From Mobula hypostoma (lineage: Eukaryota): DNA of 64,000 nucleotides. Under the pieces are notes generated by a model, which saw only the letters and a program-made list of their open reading frames with translations, ran no database searches and had not been told where the DNA came from. The position numbers and the translations under genes were made by a program. Position 1 is the stretch's first letter. Each line of letters begins with the position of its first letter. Of this stretch, positions 12,309 to 25,482 are shown piece by piece. The stretch covers positions 135,596,001-135,660,000 of the forward strand of contig NC_086097.1 in the NCBI RefSeq assembly GCF_963921235.1, read 5' to 3'.

Positions 12309-12374
12309 AAAGACGGGAACCACTGAGGCATGTCATTATTGCACTGACCTGTTTGGAGTTGCTGTATTGCAGAG
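12309..12374 (+). other. Candidate 66-nt internal exon of an unidentified host transcript
   Basis: Branch-like gctaat, then ttttacttgctttcAG acceptor and AG|GTAATG donor. Two frames are open (RREPLRHVIIALTCLELLYCR or KTGTTEACHYCTDLFGVAVLQ). Product not recognised. Confidence 0.25.
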
Positions 12375-12489
12375 GTAATGGTTACCATATTTAATTACAC
12401 TGAGAGGCTCCATCGGACCCTGCAGCTTGGAGCTCCAAGGCTCAGGACAGGGGTCAGGAAGTACGTCAGGGAAGTTTCTTGGACGGCTA

Positions 12490-12820
12490 AATTGGTAAAT
12501 TGGTTTATTATTGTCACGTTGTCGAGGTACAATGAAAAACTTTGTTTTGCATGCCACCCATGCAGATCATTTCATCAAATCAGTGCATTGCAGTAGTACA
12601 AGGGAAAAGCAATAGGCAGAATCCAGGAAAAGGGTTACAGTTACAGAGAAGGTGCAGTGCAGGGAGGCAATAAGTTGCAAGGCTATGCCAAGGTAGATTG
12701 TGCAACCTGGAGTCCATTCTCATCATACTAGAGTACCATTGCATAGTCATATGAAAGTGGGATAGAAGCTGTTCTTGAGCTTAGTGCTTTCAGCTTCCAG
12801 ATCTTCTGGCGATGGGAGGG
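12490..12820 (-). mobile_element. Rex1/Babar-type LINE 3' tail
   Basis: ttggtttattattgtcac...gggatagaagctgttcttgagc, shared with the 27790, 29575, 47200 and 60590 copies. Confidence 0.55.
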
Positions 12821-13800
12821 ACCATGCTCCTTTGGAATTCTCTCTCTAGAGGTATGAGGATGCTCAGCTGCTGAGGGCATTGAAGGAAACAGGGATTGGA
12901 CATGAGAAGTGAGCTAAGAGTTAAACCGTGATCTTCTTGAATATTCAAGTCGGTGCAAGGAAGCTGTACACAATAGAATTAAAATTACTTCTGTAAAGGA
13001 AGTACCTCAGAAAAGGTTTATTCTACAAGGAGAAATCGTAATATAGAAATACTCATATACAGTGGGCTTTTGCATGTGTTGGGATGTCTAGACCATAAAA
13101 AGTCTCATGGGATCATAGAGTCATACAGCCCAGCAAAAGGCCCTTCAGCCCACCTTCTCCATGCTGACCATTGTACTTGCCTATCCGAGTGCCATTCACC
13201 TGCATCTGATCTGTAGCCTTCTGGATTTTGTTACTTTAGCTGTACCAATGGGTTGTATTTAATGCTTCCAATGGAGAACATCGTCAGTGAATGTTCCTCA
13301 AGAAACATCTGAGCTTTTAAAGTTGGAGGAGTATCCAGAATACTTGAATTCAAGAAAAGACTAACAATGTTGTGGCAAGCAGTGGTTGGATTGGCTGCTG
13401 AAGCATAGGGTTTACTTCTCTGCTCCGCTGGGCCATGCATAAACAATATAAAGTTCAAGAGCTGCCCAGGGAGAGAATGAAAAATGTTGCACTCATAAAG
13501 TAAATCATTGAGAAATGTTCACAGATGTTTGATATGCCTGATTGCATGATTAGTCGTTGATGGGGGACTGCAATGGGAACTGGATTTACTCATTCTTCAT
13601 TCTGTTTGATGCCTCCAATGGTTCCAAAGCTTTCATGGGAGCTTTGATCAGTTGATTGCATCTAAAATCAGATCACTTGTCTTTATCACCTCCTTGGAGT
13701 TAAGGAAGGACACAACACAGAAATTGGCCTTCCAGCCCAGAGTCCATGCCAAGAATGATGCATATTTTTACACTAATCCTACTGATAACCAATTTATTCC

Positions 13801-14006
13801 CATGGTCTGTTCTTATCAAATTATGGTATTGCTTTGCACTGTTGTAACTACACGTTTTAATTATGTGGTTTTTGTCGGTTTTTCAGTCGGTTTGTCTTGT
13901 GTTTCTGTGATATCATTCTGGAAAAACATTGTATCATTTCTTAATGCATGCATTACTAAATGACAATAAAAGAGGACTGCGTGTCCTCATAATCTAATCT
14001 AATCTA
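13801..14006 (+). mobile_element. 5'-truncated copy of the aatct-tailed non-autonomous retroposon
   Basis: Reverse complement of 1366-1566. Ends gacaataaaagaggactgcgtgtcctcataatctaatctaatct. Confidence 0.65.
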
Positions 14007-14234
14007 TTCTCACCCCAATCCCATCAGCTCCCCCAACACTTACCTATATATTATGGCAAGTTACAGTGGTCAATTTAGCTATCAACACACATATTTTTGA
14101 GATGTGGGGGGGAACCTAGAGCTCCCAGTGGAAACCTGTGTGGTCCAGGATTGGACCTGGATGACTGACATTGTGGGGCAGCAGTGATCTCCACTGATGT
14201 TCAGCACTATCACTTGTGAGGAAAGCTTTCATGT

Positions 14235-15222
14235 AGAATGGAAGGTTAAAGGTGTAAATACAGGAGGTGATCTCTTTGAGAATGGGATTTTTATGTCATA
14301 TGTGGATTTGCAGAGGAAATATAACTTTGTAGATAAAGGGAATACTTGGAAGTATTTACAAATAAGACATTGCATTAGTAGCATATTTAAGAACGGTGAC
14401 TCACAAAGTAACTCTAACTGAATACTTTACATTACCACAGGAAGTTCATAAAGCATCTGTTTTTTATAAAATGTTCAAGCACTCTGTGGGTGAATCGTGT
14501 AACAATCTCAAAGCAGGATGGCAGAAGGATCTTGGAAGCGATATTGAAGATAATGAGTGGTCAAATAGTTTATCAATGTGGGTAGACATATTAGGGAAGC
14601 AAGAGGGAAATTTATTCAGTATAAGATAGTACACAGATATTATTGGACACCAACTAGACTGTAAAAACGGTGATTGTTGAAAATAATTTATGCTGGAAAT
14701 GTAAAAATGAGGTGGGCACATATTTTCACATGATTTGGGAGTATTCCATGGTTCGTCCATTTTGGTGCAAAGTTCTTGATTTGTTGGGGAATTGGTCGGG
14801 TTCCACACTGTCCTTGTGCCCACAGCTTTGTCTCCTGGGTGATAGGACAATGATACCTAATGAAAACAATGACAAATTTACTATTTTAAAGGTGGGTCTC
14901 ATCACAGTTGCAAGAATTATATTGCAAAACTGGAACAAACCCAGATGTCCCACTGTGAAGGAATGGACTGAGGAAATGATTAAGATTTCATCATATGAAC
15001 ACATGTTGGGAAGAATTAACAGTGAGGGAAAAGTGGGATGGGATCAATTTTGGTTGTATGTTAATTTAAACTGAAATTAGAACTTCTTTCTGTCTCTAAG
15101 TTTTATTTGTTTTCCTGTCATGGAATGACTGTGTAAATATGCTGTACTGTATCTGCTCTGTTGTATGCTGTGCTGCTTTGTAAACTAAAAATAAATAATA
15201 ATAAAAATTTGAATTAAAAAAA
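14235..15222 (+). mobile_element. 5'-truncated L1/Tx1-clade LINE
   Basis: WKYLQIRH, WQKDLG and the C-terminal zinc finger CWKCKNEVGTYFHMIW. AATAAA plus A tail. 16-bp TSD aggaaagctttcatgt (14219-14234, 15223-15238). Confidence 0.9.
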
Positions 15223-15419
15223 AGGAAAGCTTTCATGTTTTCTGTCTGGTGATGCAGAAGCTGGCATTTAACCCTTTGCACAACCCAACTCTGTCTCTTC
15301 CTTCTCTCCATTTCCACCATATTATTATTACCTTTGACCTCTACCATGGCGTTTGGCTTCAGCTTCCCCTGATGGGCACGTAGCACCTGCAGCACAAGGA
15401 GTTCTAACACATTTGACTG

Positions 15420-17965
15420 CCGTTATACTATGAATAGGAATGCCTACTATTCCATCCCTAGGCAGCATTTTGGGAAATCTGAAAATCTGGCTACCACCCT
15501 TCTACCTGCATCCAGGCAGAGGCTGAAGGCCAAGACTCTAGAGCTCTTCTGTCTACCGTGACCACCCCTTTGGTGCTCTGTCTCCAAGATTGCTTTGAGT
15601 TGGTTGACTGGGCCATGCTCAAGGGCTTATCAGAGGATCTGAATCAATACCCCTGGTTGTAAAGGACTTTATACAGTCATAGACGAGTGTGTTCCCACAA
15701 AACCATTCAGAGTCTTCCCCAACTAGAAGCCCTAGATGAAGCAAAAAATCCCTTATTTGCTAAAGGCCCTGATCAGTGACATTCAGGTCCTGCAACTAAG
15801 TAAGAGACAAGAGGTCCAGGTACAACCTCTGGAAAGTCATCTCAGATGTGAAGTTTCAATTCCGGACCAAACCCGAATCACTGAATGATGCTTGACAGCT
15901 GCAGCAGAGCTTGAATGGTATCACCTCCTACAAAATCAAACCAAGTGAAATAGGTGGCAACAAGGTTTCACACCCATATGAGCTCAATACATTTTATGTT
16001 CGCTTTCACTGTCAAAACAGGGAGGCAGTTTCACAAACTCACACAGCCCCCAAGGACCCTGTGATCTTAGTCCTTGAGGACGACTTGAGAGCATTCTTTG
16101 GGAGGGTGAACCCACGGTAAGCATCTGGCCCAGGGAGGCTACCTGGCTGAGGGCTGAAGACTTGTGCTGAGCAACTGAGCGTTCGTTGATATCTTTAATC
16201 TCTCACTTCAGCAGTGTGAGGTGCCCACCTGCTTCAAACAGGCTTCAATTATACCAGTGTCTAAGAAGAACGTTTAGCCTGCCTCAATGCCTATCCTACA
16301 GTAGAACTTACATCTACTGTGATGAAATGCTTTGAGAGGCTGGTGATGAAACATATTAACTCCTGCCTGTGGAGCAGCTTGGATCCATTCCACTTTGACT
16401 AGTGTCACAACAGGTCAACAGTAGATACCACTTTGTTGGCTCTTCACTCAACTCTGGACAGTGAAGATACATACATCAGGATGCTCTTCATTGACTACAG
16501 CTCGGCATTCAATACTATCATCCCCTCAGAACTAATCAATAAGTTAGGCCTTATTACCTCTTTGTGCAACTGGATCCTCAATTTCCTCAGCTGCAGACCC
16601 CAGTCAGTACAGATTGTCAACAACATCTCCTCCACATCTCCATCAGCACAGGTGCACCACAAGGCTCTATGCTCTGCTCGCTTTATACTTATGACTGTGA
16701 GGCTAAGCACAACCCAATGCCATATTTAAGTTTACTGATGACACCACTGTGGTAGGACAAATCAAAGGAGGTGACAAATCAGCATATAGGAGGGAGATAC
16801 AGTATGCTATATGGGGTCACAACAACAACCTCTCACTCAATGTCAGCAAGACCAAGAAGCTGATTATTGAGTACAGGAGCAGGAAACCAGAAGTCCATGA
16901 GCCAGTCCTCATCAGGAGATCAAAAGTGGAGAGGGTCAGCAACTTTAAATTTCTCAGTGTTATCATTTCAGAAGATCTGTCCTGGATCCAGCATGTAAGT
17001 GCCATTACAAAGAAAATACAGCAGTACGCCTACTTTCTTAGAAGTTTGTGAAGATTCAGCATGTTATCTAAAACTTTGACAAGTTTCTAAAGATGAGCAG
17101 TGGAGAGTATATTGACTGATTGCATCATGGCCTGGTACGGAAACACCAATGCCCTTGAACAGACAAGCTTACGAAAAGAACCTTTACACTTATGACTGTG
17201 AGGCTAAGCACAACCCAATGCCATATTTAAGTTTACTGATGACACCACTGTTGTAGGACAAATCAAAGGAGGTGACAAATCAGCATATAGGAGGGAGATT
17301 GAAAATCTGGCCGAGAGGTGCCATAACAACAATCTTTTACTTAATGTCAGTAACATAAAGGAGCTGATTACAGTATTGACTTCAGGGGGAAGAAATCGGA
17401 GGCCCGTGAGCCAGTCCTCATCAGGGGATCAGAGGTGGAGAGGACCAGCAACTTTAAGTTTTTCAGTGGTATCATTTCAGAGAACCTGTACTAATTACAA
17501 AGAATGCCCCACAGTGCCTCTACTTCCTTCGGAGTTTATGAAGATTTAGCATGACATCTAAAACTTTGATAAACTTCTATAGATGTGCGGTGGAGAGTAT
17601 ATTGATTGGCTGCATCACAACCTGGTATGGAAATACCAATACCCTTGAACAGAAAATCCTGCAAAAAGTAGTGGATACGGACCACCCCAGCACTGGGCAG
17701 ACTTACATGGAACATTGATGCAGGAGAGCATCATCAGGAATCCCTACAACCCAGGTCATGCTCTTTTCTTGATGCTACCATCAGGAAGAGCATACAGGAG
17801 ACTCAGGACTCACACCACCAGGTTCAGGAACAGCTACTATCCCTCAACCATCAGGCTCCTGAACTAGGGGGGATATCTTCACTTGTCCCATCACTGAACT
17901 GTTCCCATAACCTATAGGCTCACTTTCAAGGACTCATCACCTCATATTCTTCACATATATAGCTT
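15420..17965 (+). mobile_element. Long decayed Rex1/Babar LINE with an internal duplication
   Basis: RT motifs [36 protein letters not shown] and ERVSNFKFL across broken ORFs 15911-17051. The 3' UTR resumes at ~18715-18910. Confidence 0.85.
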
Positions 17966-17969
17966 ATTT

Positions 17970-18470
17970 ATCTGTCAGACAATGCTGAGGATGTTCTACG
18001 TGTCTGTGGTGACCAGTGCTATCATGTTTGCTGTTGTGTGCTGGGGCAGCAGGCTGAAGGTGGCAGACACCAACAGAATCAACAAACTCATTCGTAAGGC
18101 CAGTGATGTTGTGGGGATGGAACTGGACTCTCTCACGGTGGTGTCTGAAAAGAGGATGCTGTCCAAGTTGCATGCCATCTTGGACAATGTCTCCCATCCA
18201 CTACATAATGGACTGGTTGGGCACAGGAGTACGTTCAGCCAGAGACTCATTCCACCGAGATGCAACACAGAGCGTCATAGGAAGTCATTCCTGCCTGTGG
18301 CCATCAAACTTTACAACTCCTCCCTTGGAGGGTCAGACACCCTGAGCCAATAGGCTGGTCCTGGACTTATTTCCTGGCATAATTTACATATTACTATTTA
18401 ATTATTTATAGAGCAACTGTAACGAAAACCAATTTCCCTCGGGATCAATAAAGTATGACTATGACTATAA
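17970..18470 (+). mobile_element. Younger Rex1/Babar LINE 3' fragment with (ctatga)n tail
   Basis: Intact ORF end MLRMFYVSVVTSAIMFAVVCWGS...HPLH...CNTERHRKSFLPVAIKLYN, then aataaagtatgactatgact. The tail continues at 18689-18716. Confidence 0.85.
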
Positions 18471-18471
18471 C

Positions 18472-18688
18472 ACACCAAAGTTGCTGGTGAATGCAGCAGG
18501 TCAGGCAGCATCTCTAGGAAGAGGTGCAGTCGACGTTTCAGGCCGAGACCCTCTGTCCTGACGAAGGGTCTCGGCCTGAAACGTCAACTGTACCTCTTCC
18601 TAGAGATGCTGCCTGACCTGCTGCGTTCACCAGCAACTTTGATGTGTGTTGCTTGAATTTCCAGCATCTGCAGAATTCCTCGTGTTTG
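18472..18688 (+). mobile_element. Penelope pseudo-LTR insertion forming a ~80-bp hairpin, with a hammerhead motif
   Basis: 18471-18552 is the reverse complement of 18565-18646. Hammerhead at 18555-18588. Flanking repeat ctatgactataac (18459-18471, 18689-18701). Confidence 0.85.
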
Positions 18689-19509
18689 CTATGACTATAA
18701 CTATGACTATGACTATTATAATTATTATTTTCTTTTTTTGTATTTGCAATTTGTTGTCTTTTAAACACTTGTTGTCTGCCCTGCAGGTGTGGTCTTTTGT
18801 TGATTCTATTATGGTTATTGGATTTCTTGAGTATGCCCACAAGAAAGTGGATATCAGGGTTGTATATGGTGACATATATATACTTTGATATTAAATTTAC
18901 TTTGAACTTTGTATGCTGAATAATAAAAGGAGGTGATGGGTAGGTGAGGAGAAGAGAAGGGGCAAGGGGGAAACAGAATGGGAAATAGAAAAGGAGGGAA
19001 GGAGGAGGGGATGAATGAACTGGAAGTTAGTAATATTGATGCTCATGCTATCAGCTTGGAGATTATGAGATGTTGCTCCTCCATCTTGAGTGTGGCCTCA
19101 TTATGGCTGATCTCTCGCATGTGCAGAATCTCTTGTGTTTGTTATGCAAATCTGTTGAAACTTGTCAGAGTTTTGGTAACTTTATTACTGATTCACATGG
19201 GCTGTGGTGTCGTAATATGGAATTTGAGGATCCAGTTCCAGAGGGAGGTGCAGAGGCCAAGGTTTAGAAGCTTGCTGATTAATTCTGAGGATATGATGAT
19301 GTTGAATGCTGACCTGTGATTATTTACATATAGTCTGACATCAGTGTAAGGAAAATGCTGGGATTTATTTGGGAAATAGCCAAGGTTCATTGGGACAGTA
19401 ATAAGATCGAGCAAAGTCAAAATTGAATAATGAAAAGAAAAATCATGTGACAAACTAGTTCAAGAGATTTGATGTAAACTAGGGTAATCCAGTGGATGTG
19501 GTGCTTTTG

Positions 19510-19831
19510 GACTGTAAAAGATGTGATAACAGCACATTTGGAGAGTGGTGAAATCATCGGACAAAGTCAGCTTTTATAGATATGTGAAAAGAAAAAGATT
19601 GGTTAAGACAAATGTAGGCCCCCTACAGACAGAAACAGGTGAATTGATTATGGGGAGCAAGGACATGGCAGACCAATTGAATAACTACTTTGATTCTGTC
19701 TTCACTAAGGTGGACATAAATAATCTTCCGGAAATAGTAGGGGACAGAGGGTCCAGTGAGATGGAGGAACCGAGGGAAATACATGTTAGTAGGGAAGTGG
19801 TGTTAGGTAAATTGAAGGGATTAAAGGCAGA
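19510..19831 (+). mobile_element. Internal fragment of the young CR1 family (no 3' tail)
   Basis: FYRYVKRKRLVKTNVGPLQTETGELIMGSKDMADQLNNYF..., nearly identical to the 22110-22375 and 54110-54390 reverse complements. Confidence 0.85.
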
Positions 19832-20074
19832 GAAAGAGTGGATGGTAGTCCTTGCATCACTAGTGACATCTATACCCTGCTAACCAATATGAAAAATCGG
19901 AACATTGAAGAGACACAGAGGTATCACGCTCCATGCTGCACTTGCTGGTTAACTTATCGTATAAGGGCACCATTCAATCTCGACACCATTTACCTCCTTA
20001 GGCTCCAAAGGAAGTAAAGAGGCTGCTGCTCCTTCCTTACGATTGCATCTATGTGGTGGGCTCACTACGTATCA

Positions 20075-20534
20075 TCTGATATGTTAAAGCCCAGGAATTT
20101 AAAGCTGCCGACTCTCTCCATCGCCGATCCCCAAATGTAAATTTTTGCCTCTCCCTTTCCCTTCCTGAAGTCAACATTCAGCTCTTTGATTTCGCTGATA
20201 TCGGGTGAGAGGTTTTTGCGGCATCACTCAGCAAGGAGACTTACCTCGCTTCGGTAAGCTGATTCATCACCACCTTTGATTTGCCAAACAATAGCAACAT
20301 TATCGGTGAACTTGAAGGTGGCGAGGGATCAGTGCTAAGCCACACAGACATATATGTATAAAGAATAGAGCAGGGTGCTAAGTGCACAGCCTTGATGTAC
20401 TCCTGTGTCGATGGTCAGTGAGGAGGAGATGTTGCTTCCAGTCTTCTTGGATGGAGGACTGCTGATGAAGAAGTCAAGCAGAGTTGCAGAGGGAGGTACA
20501 GAGGCCCAGGTCTTGAAGCTTGGTGGATGAGTTT
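20075..20534 (-). mobile_element. Decayed Rex1/Babar RT fragment
   Basis: ISSSLTIDTGVHQGCALSTLLYSLY in ORF 20335-20595. Confidence 0.65.
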
Positions 20535-22556
20535 TAGAAACATAGAAAATAGGTGCAGGAGTAGGCCATTCGGTCCTTTGAGCCTGCACCGCCATTCATT
20601 ATGATCATGGCTGATCATCCGACTCAGAACCCTGTACCTGCCTTCCCTCCATACCCCCCGATCCCTTTAGCCACAAGGGCCATATCTAACTCCCTCTTAA
20701 ATATAGCCAATGAACTGGCCTCAACTGTCTCCCATGGCAGAGAATTCCACAGTTTCACCACTCTCTGTGTGAAGAAGTTTTTCCTAATCTCGGTCCTAAA
20801 AGGCTTCCTCTCTATCCTCAAACTGTGGCCTCTCGTTCTGGACTTCCCCAACATCGGGAACAATCTTCCTGCATTTAGCCTGTCCAATCCCTTTAGGATC
20901 TTATACGTTTCAATCAGATCCCCCCTCAATCTTCTAAATTCCAACGTATATAAGCCTAGTCGATCCAGTCTTTCATTATATGAAAGTCCTGCCATCCCAG
21001 GAATCAAGCTGGTGAACCTTCTTTGTACTCCCTCTATGGCAAGAATGTCCTTCCTCAGATTAAGGGACCAAAACTGCACACAATTCTCCGGGTGTGGTAT
21101 CACCAAGGCCTTGTCCAACTGCAGTAGTACCTCCCTGCTCCTGTACTCGAATCCTCTTGCTATAAATGCCAGCATACCATTCGCCTTTTCCACCGCCTGT
21201 TGTACCTGCATGCCCACTTTCAATGACTGGTGTATAATGATACCCAGGTCTCATTGCACCTCCCCTTTTCCTAATTGGCCACCATTCAGATAATAATCTG
21301 TTTTCCTGTTTTTGCCACCAAAGTGGATAATCTTAGTTATCCACATTAAATTGCATCTGCCATGAATTTGCCCACTCACCTAACCTATCCAAGTCACCCT
21401 GCATCCTCTTAGCATCCTCCTCACAGCTAACACTGCCACCCAGCTTTGTGTCATCCGCAAACTTGGAGATGCTGCATTTAATTCCCTCGTCTAAGTCATT
21501 AATATATATTTTAAACAACTGGGGTCCCAGCTCTGAGCCTTGCTGTACCCCACTAGTCACTGCCTGCCATTCTGAAAAGGTCCCGTTTATTCCCACTCTT
21601 TGCTTCCTGTCTGCTAACCAATTCTCTATCCACATCAATACCTTACCCCCAATACCGTGTGCTTTAAGTTTGCACACTAATCTCCTGTGTGGGACCTTGT
21701 CAAAAGCCTTTTGAAAATCCAAATATACCACATCCACTGGTTCTCCCCTATCCACTCCACTAGTTACATCCTCAAAAAATTCTATGAGATTCGTCAGACA
21801 TGATTTTCTTTTCACAAATCCATGATGATTGTCCGATGATTTCACTGCTTTCCAAATGTGCTGTTATCACATCTTTGATAACTGACTCTAGCACTTTCCC
21901 CACCACCGATGTTAGGCTAACCGGTCTATAATTCCCTGGTTTCTCTCTCCCTCCTTTTTTAAAAAGCAGGGTTACATTAGCCACCCTCCAATCCTCAGGC
22001 ACTAGTCTAGAATCTAAAGAGTTTTGAAAAATTATCACTAATGCATCCACTATTTCTTGGGCTACTTCCTTAAGCACTCTGGGATGCAGACCATCTGGCC
22101 CTGGGGATTTATCTGCCTTCAATCCCTTCAATTTACCTAACACCACTTCCCTACTAACATGTATTTCGCTCAGTTCCTCCATCTCACTGGACCCTCTGTC
22201 CCCTACTATTTCTGGAAGATTATTTATGTCCTCCTTAGTGAAGACAGAACCAAAGTAATTATTCAATTGGTCTGCCATGTCCTTGCTCCCCATAATCAAT
22301 TCACCTGTTTCTGTCTGTAGGGGACCTACATTTGTCTTTTCCTTTTTACATATCTATAAAAGCTTTTACAGTCAGTTTTTATGTTCCCTGCCAGTTTTCT
22401 CTCATAATCTTTTTTCTCTTTCCTAATTAAGCCCTTTGTCCTCCTCTGCTGGACTCTGAATTTCTCCCAGTCCTCAGGTGAGCCACTTTTTCTGGCTAAT
22501 TTGTATGTTTCTTCTTTGGAATTGATACTATCCCTAATTTCCCTTGTTAGCCATGG
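20535..22556 (-). mobile_element. Young CR1 LINE, 5'-truncated ORF2 (RT)
   Basis: [47 protein letters not shown] and FFTQRVV over three frameshifted ORFs. (tttctatg) tail. Confidence 0.95.
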
Positions 22557-22945
22557 TGATGATGTTGGGCTTGGTGTTTGCTGATGCTGAGGTAGATGTC
22601 GTTGATGTTGGGCTTGGTGTTTGCTGATGTTGAGGTAGATGTTGTTGATGCTGAGGTAGATGGTGATGATATTAGTCGGTGTTTACTGATGTTAATGATG
22701 TTGGGTTTGGTACTTGCTGATGTTGAGGTAGATGGTGATGATGTTGGGCTTGGTGTTTGCTGATGTTGAGGTAAATGTTGATGGTGTTGGGCTTGGTGTT
22801 GTTGATATTGGGGTCAATGATGATGATACTGGGGTTGGTGTTGGAGTTGATGTTGGTATTAACGTTGAGGTCAATGTTGATAATGTTGGGCTTTGTGTTT
22901 GCTGATGTTGGTAATGATGTTGGCGTTGATGTTGTTATTGTTAGG
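22556..22945. repeat. Degenerate GT-rich minisatellite (~42-nt unit gatggtgatgatgttgggcttggtgtttgctgatgttgaggta)
   Basis: gatgttgggcttggtgtttgctgatg recurs several times, decaying rightwards. Confidence 0.8.
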
Positions 22946-23959
22946 GTTTGTGTTTATATTCAACTAGGTCTTTTCTGCTGGTGGTCTATCTCAGTCCAAG
23001 CTCTCTCTCACTCAATGACTGAAGATTATGGAAATAGGCAGGTCCTGTTATAAAAGTGAGAGTGAAAATAGGAGCAAATTGGGTCCTCCTGACAAAATAA
23101 GGATTGTTATTACTATTTTTTTTTAACAATGAACAGCTTGGTAATACATGAGAAAACTCGACTTGTGTTAATCCTACTCAATTCACAATTACATTTTCAC
23201 CCATGATTTTGCACTTGTAAAACAAATGAACAGGTGGGTTTTTTCAGTAGAGTTCAATGGGAGTATAAGCATTCTTCTGGCTACTATTTGCCCCTGTGAT
23301 AGTTACAACATACGTAACATGATTATCTCCAGGAAGCTAGCACTGCGAAATTATGTTTGATTGATAACCGCTTTCATTCCTCATTTAAAATAGCAGATGG
23401 TCAGAGGTATATCTTGATGCAAATTGAAGCCCACATTTCTTAAGTCTGCACAACCCCTAAATCAAGTTATATGCAACTGTCAGTTAACCCCATCCATCTG
23501 TTATCCTGCAGGTCGCCTATTTTGCTTCTGCTTGGGAAATGAACTGTCTGTACAACAATTTAACGTCATTACTAAAGAGATAAAATGGTACCAGTTATAC
23601 TTTAATGTTCTCCAATCTTCCATCATACAGCTCTCTTCAGGAAGACACCACACAGACTCTCTCATGTGAATCACTGATCTGCATTTTAGTGCTGGGTGAA
23701 TCAGGTTTGAATTTAGAACATTTAAAGAGCCCCTTTCTCTCTTGTTGGTGGAAGCAGCTGTTAACGATTGTTAGAACCATTCTCAGGCTCGTCCGAGCTC
23801 CAGGATTCCCAATCACCTGGCCTTCTCCTCCCTCAATTTATTCATTGTTAACTGTGGGTGTGATGTACACCAACAGACTTCTTTCACGGCCCTTACTCAC
23901 TCTGTCGAAGCACTGGACTTGAGAGTCCCACTTATTAAGGACCAGTCTTAACACGGCAA

Positions 23960-25482
23960 TCAAATCTAAAAAGTCTGGAGGTTTAGCCTTACCTAATGTT
24001 AGGCTTTATTACTGGGCAGTTAATATATGATATCTTACGTTTTGGCTATATTTTATTAATCTTGTAGACCATCCGGTATGGGTTTCTTTAGAAGTTAACT
24101 CTGTTAATAAATTTTCTATTATTTCTCTTCTTGGATCCTCACTTCCTTTATTTGTAAGTAAACTAACTGATAATTTAATAGTTAAACATACTCTGACGAT
24201 CTGGATCCGATTTAGAAAACACTTTGGTTCATTGAGATTTTCCCTTTCAAGTCCCACTTTTTTTTTAATACCCTCCATGACTGATTTAATTTTTAAAGAA
24301 TGGGACAGGTTGGGTACTAAATGTTTTTGGGATCTGTTTGTTGAAGGAAATCTTTTTTCATTTGAGCAATTGTCAGCTAAATATAGCTCACACAAAACTC
24401 ACTTTTTTAGATATTTACAAATCAGAGTCTTTCTCAGATCTCAATTATGCACATTTCTTATAAGCTCAGATAAGAATTTACTAGGTGTAATTTTCAATTT
24501 GACACCTTTTCATAATGGTTCAATATCTAATATTTATGGCATGTTACTGGAGACAAAGAATGTTCCTTTAGACAAAATTGAGAATCTCTGGGAACAAGAT
24601 TTATAGACATCAATATCTGAGGAAACTTGGAATGAAATTTTTAAACTGGTTAATACTTCATTGTTATGTGCTCGCCATTCCCTTGTACAATTTAAGATGG
24701 TACGTAGAGCTCATATGACTAAGGATAAGCTATCTCGTTTTTATTCAGATATATCTCCCTACTGTGACAGATGTAATAATGGAGAAGCTTCATTAATTCA
24801 TACGTTTTGGACTTGTCGGAGTCTTGAAAAATATTGGAAGGAAGCTTTTCAAACTTTTTCTTTACTTTTCAAAGTCAATTTTAAGCCTAATCCTCTGACG
24901 GCCCTATTCGGTATTGTTGCAGGACAAGATATCAAGCTGAAGACATCTGATTTACACATTCTGGCCTTAAGCTTTCTTACAGCTAGGAGGGTGCTTTTGT
25001 TTAAATGGAAAATTGTTTTTCCTCCTACTCATGCTCAGTGGTTATGCGACGTTATGTCATGTTTAGATTTAGAGAAGATTCGTTGTTCAATTTCTGAATC
25101 TTGTCAAGACTTTCAAACATTGTGGGGGACCTTTTCTGAATTATTTTCAAAACCTTCAATTCGTTGTCTAAATTCAGATGTTGACTATTATTACTTTTTA
25201 TTATATGAGAAGGTATTTTACCTTTTTTTCTCCTTAATAAACAACTTCGGTCTTGGTAGGGGTTAGATTCTTTTTTTTGTAAAAAATTAGTATAATTCAA
25301 TATAACTATTGATTAATTTACATGAATTCAGGGTAATGAGATTGTTATTATGGATAGATATAATGTAATTGGTAGTTTTAAAAAATCTTTTTTGACGTTT
25401 TGTATATACTTTCTTATACTGTTTTCTTCTATGTAGAAACTAATAAAAATATTGGAAAGAAGAAAAAATATTGGAAAGAAAA
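23960..25482 (+). mobile_element. 5'-truncated L1-clade LINE (fish-type)
   Basis: GGLALPNVRLYYWA, FFRYLQIR, WEQDL and the zinc finger CDRCNNGEASLIHTFWTC. AT-rich 3' UTR with AATAAA and an A-rich tail. Confidence 0.9.

Noticed and set aside
12739..12760. ttgcatagtca resembles miR-153
   Set aside because: Lies inside a Rex LINE 3' tail, only about 11 nt match, no hairpin.
20601..21293. 230-aa plus-strand ORF and similar ORFs opposite CR1 copies
   Set aside because: Antisense shadow frames of CR1 ORF2.
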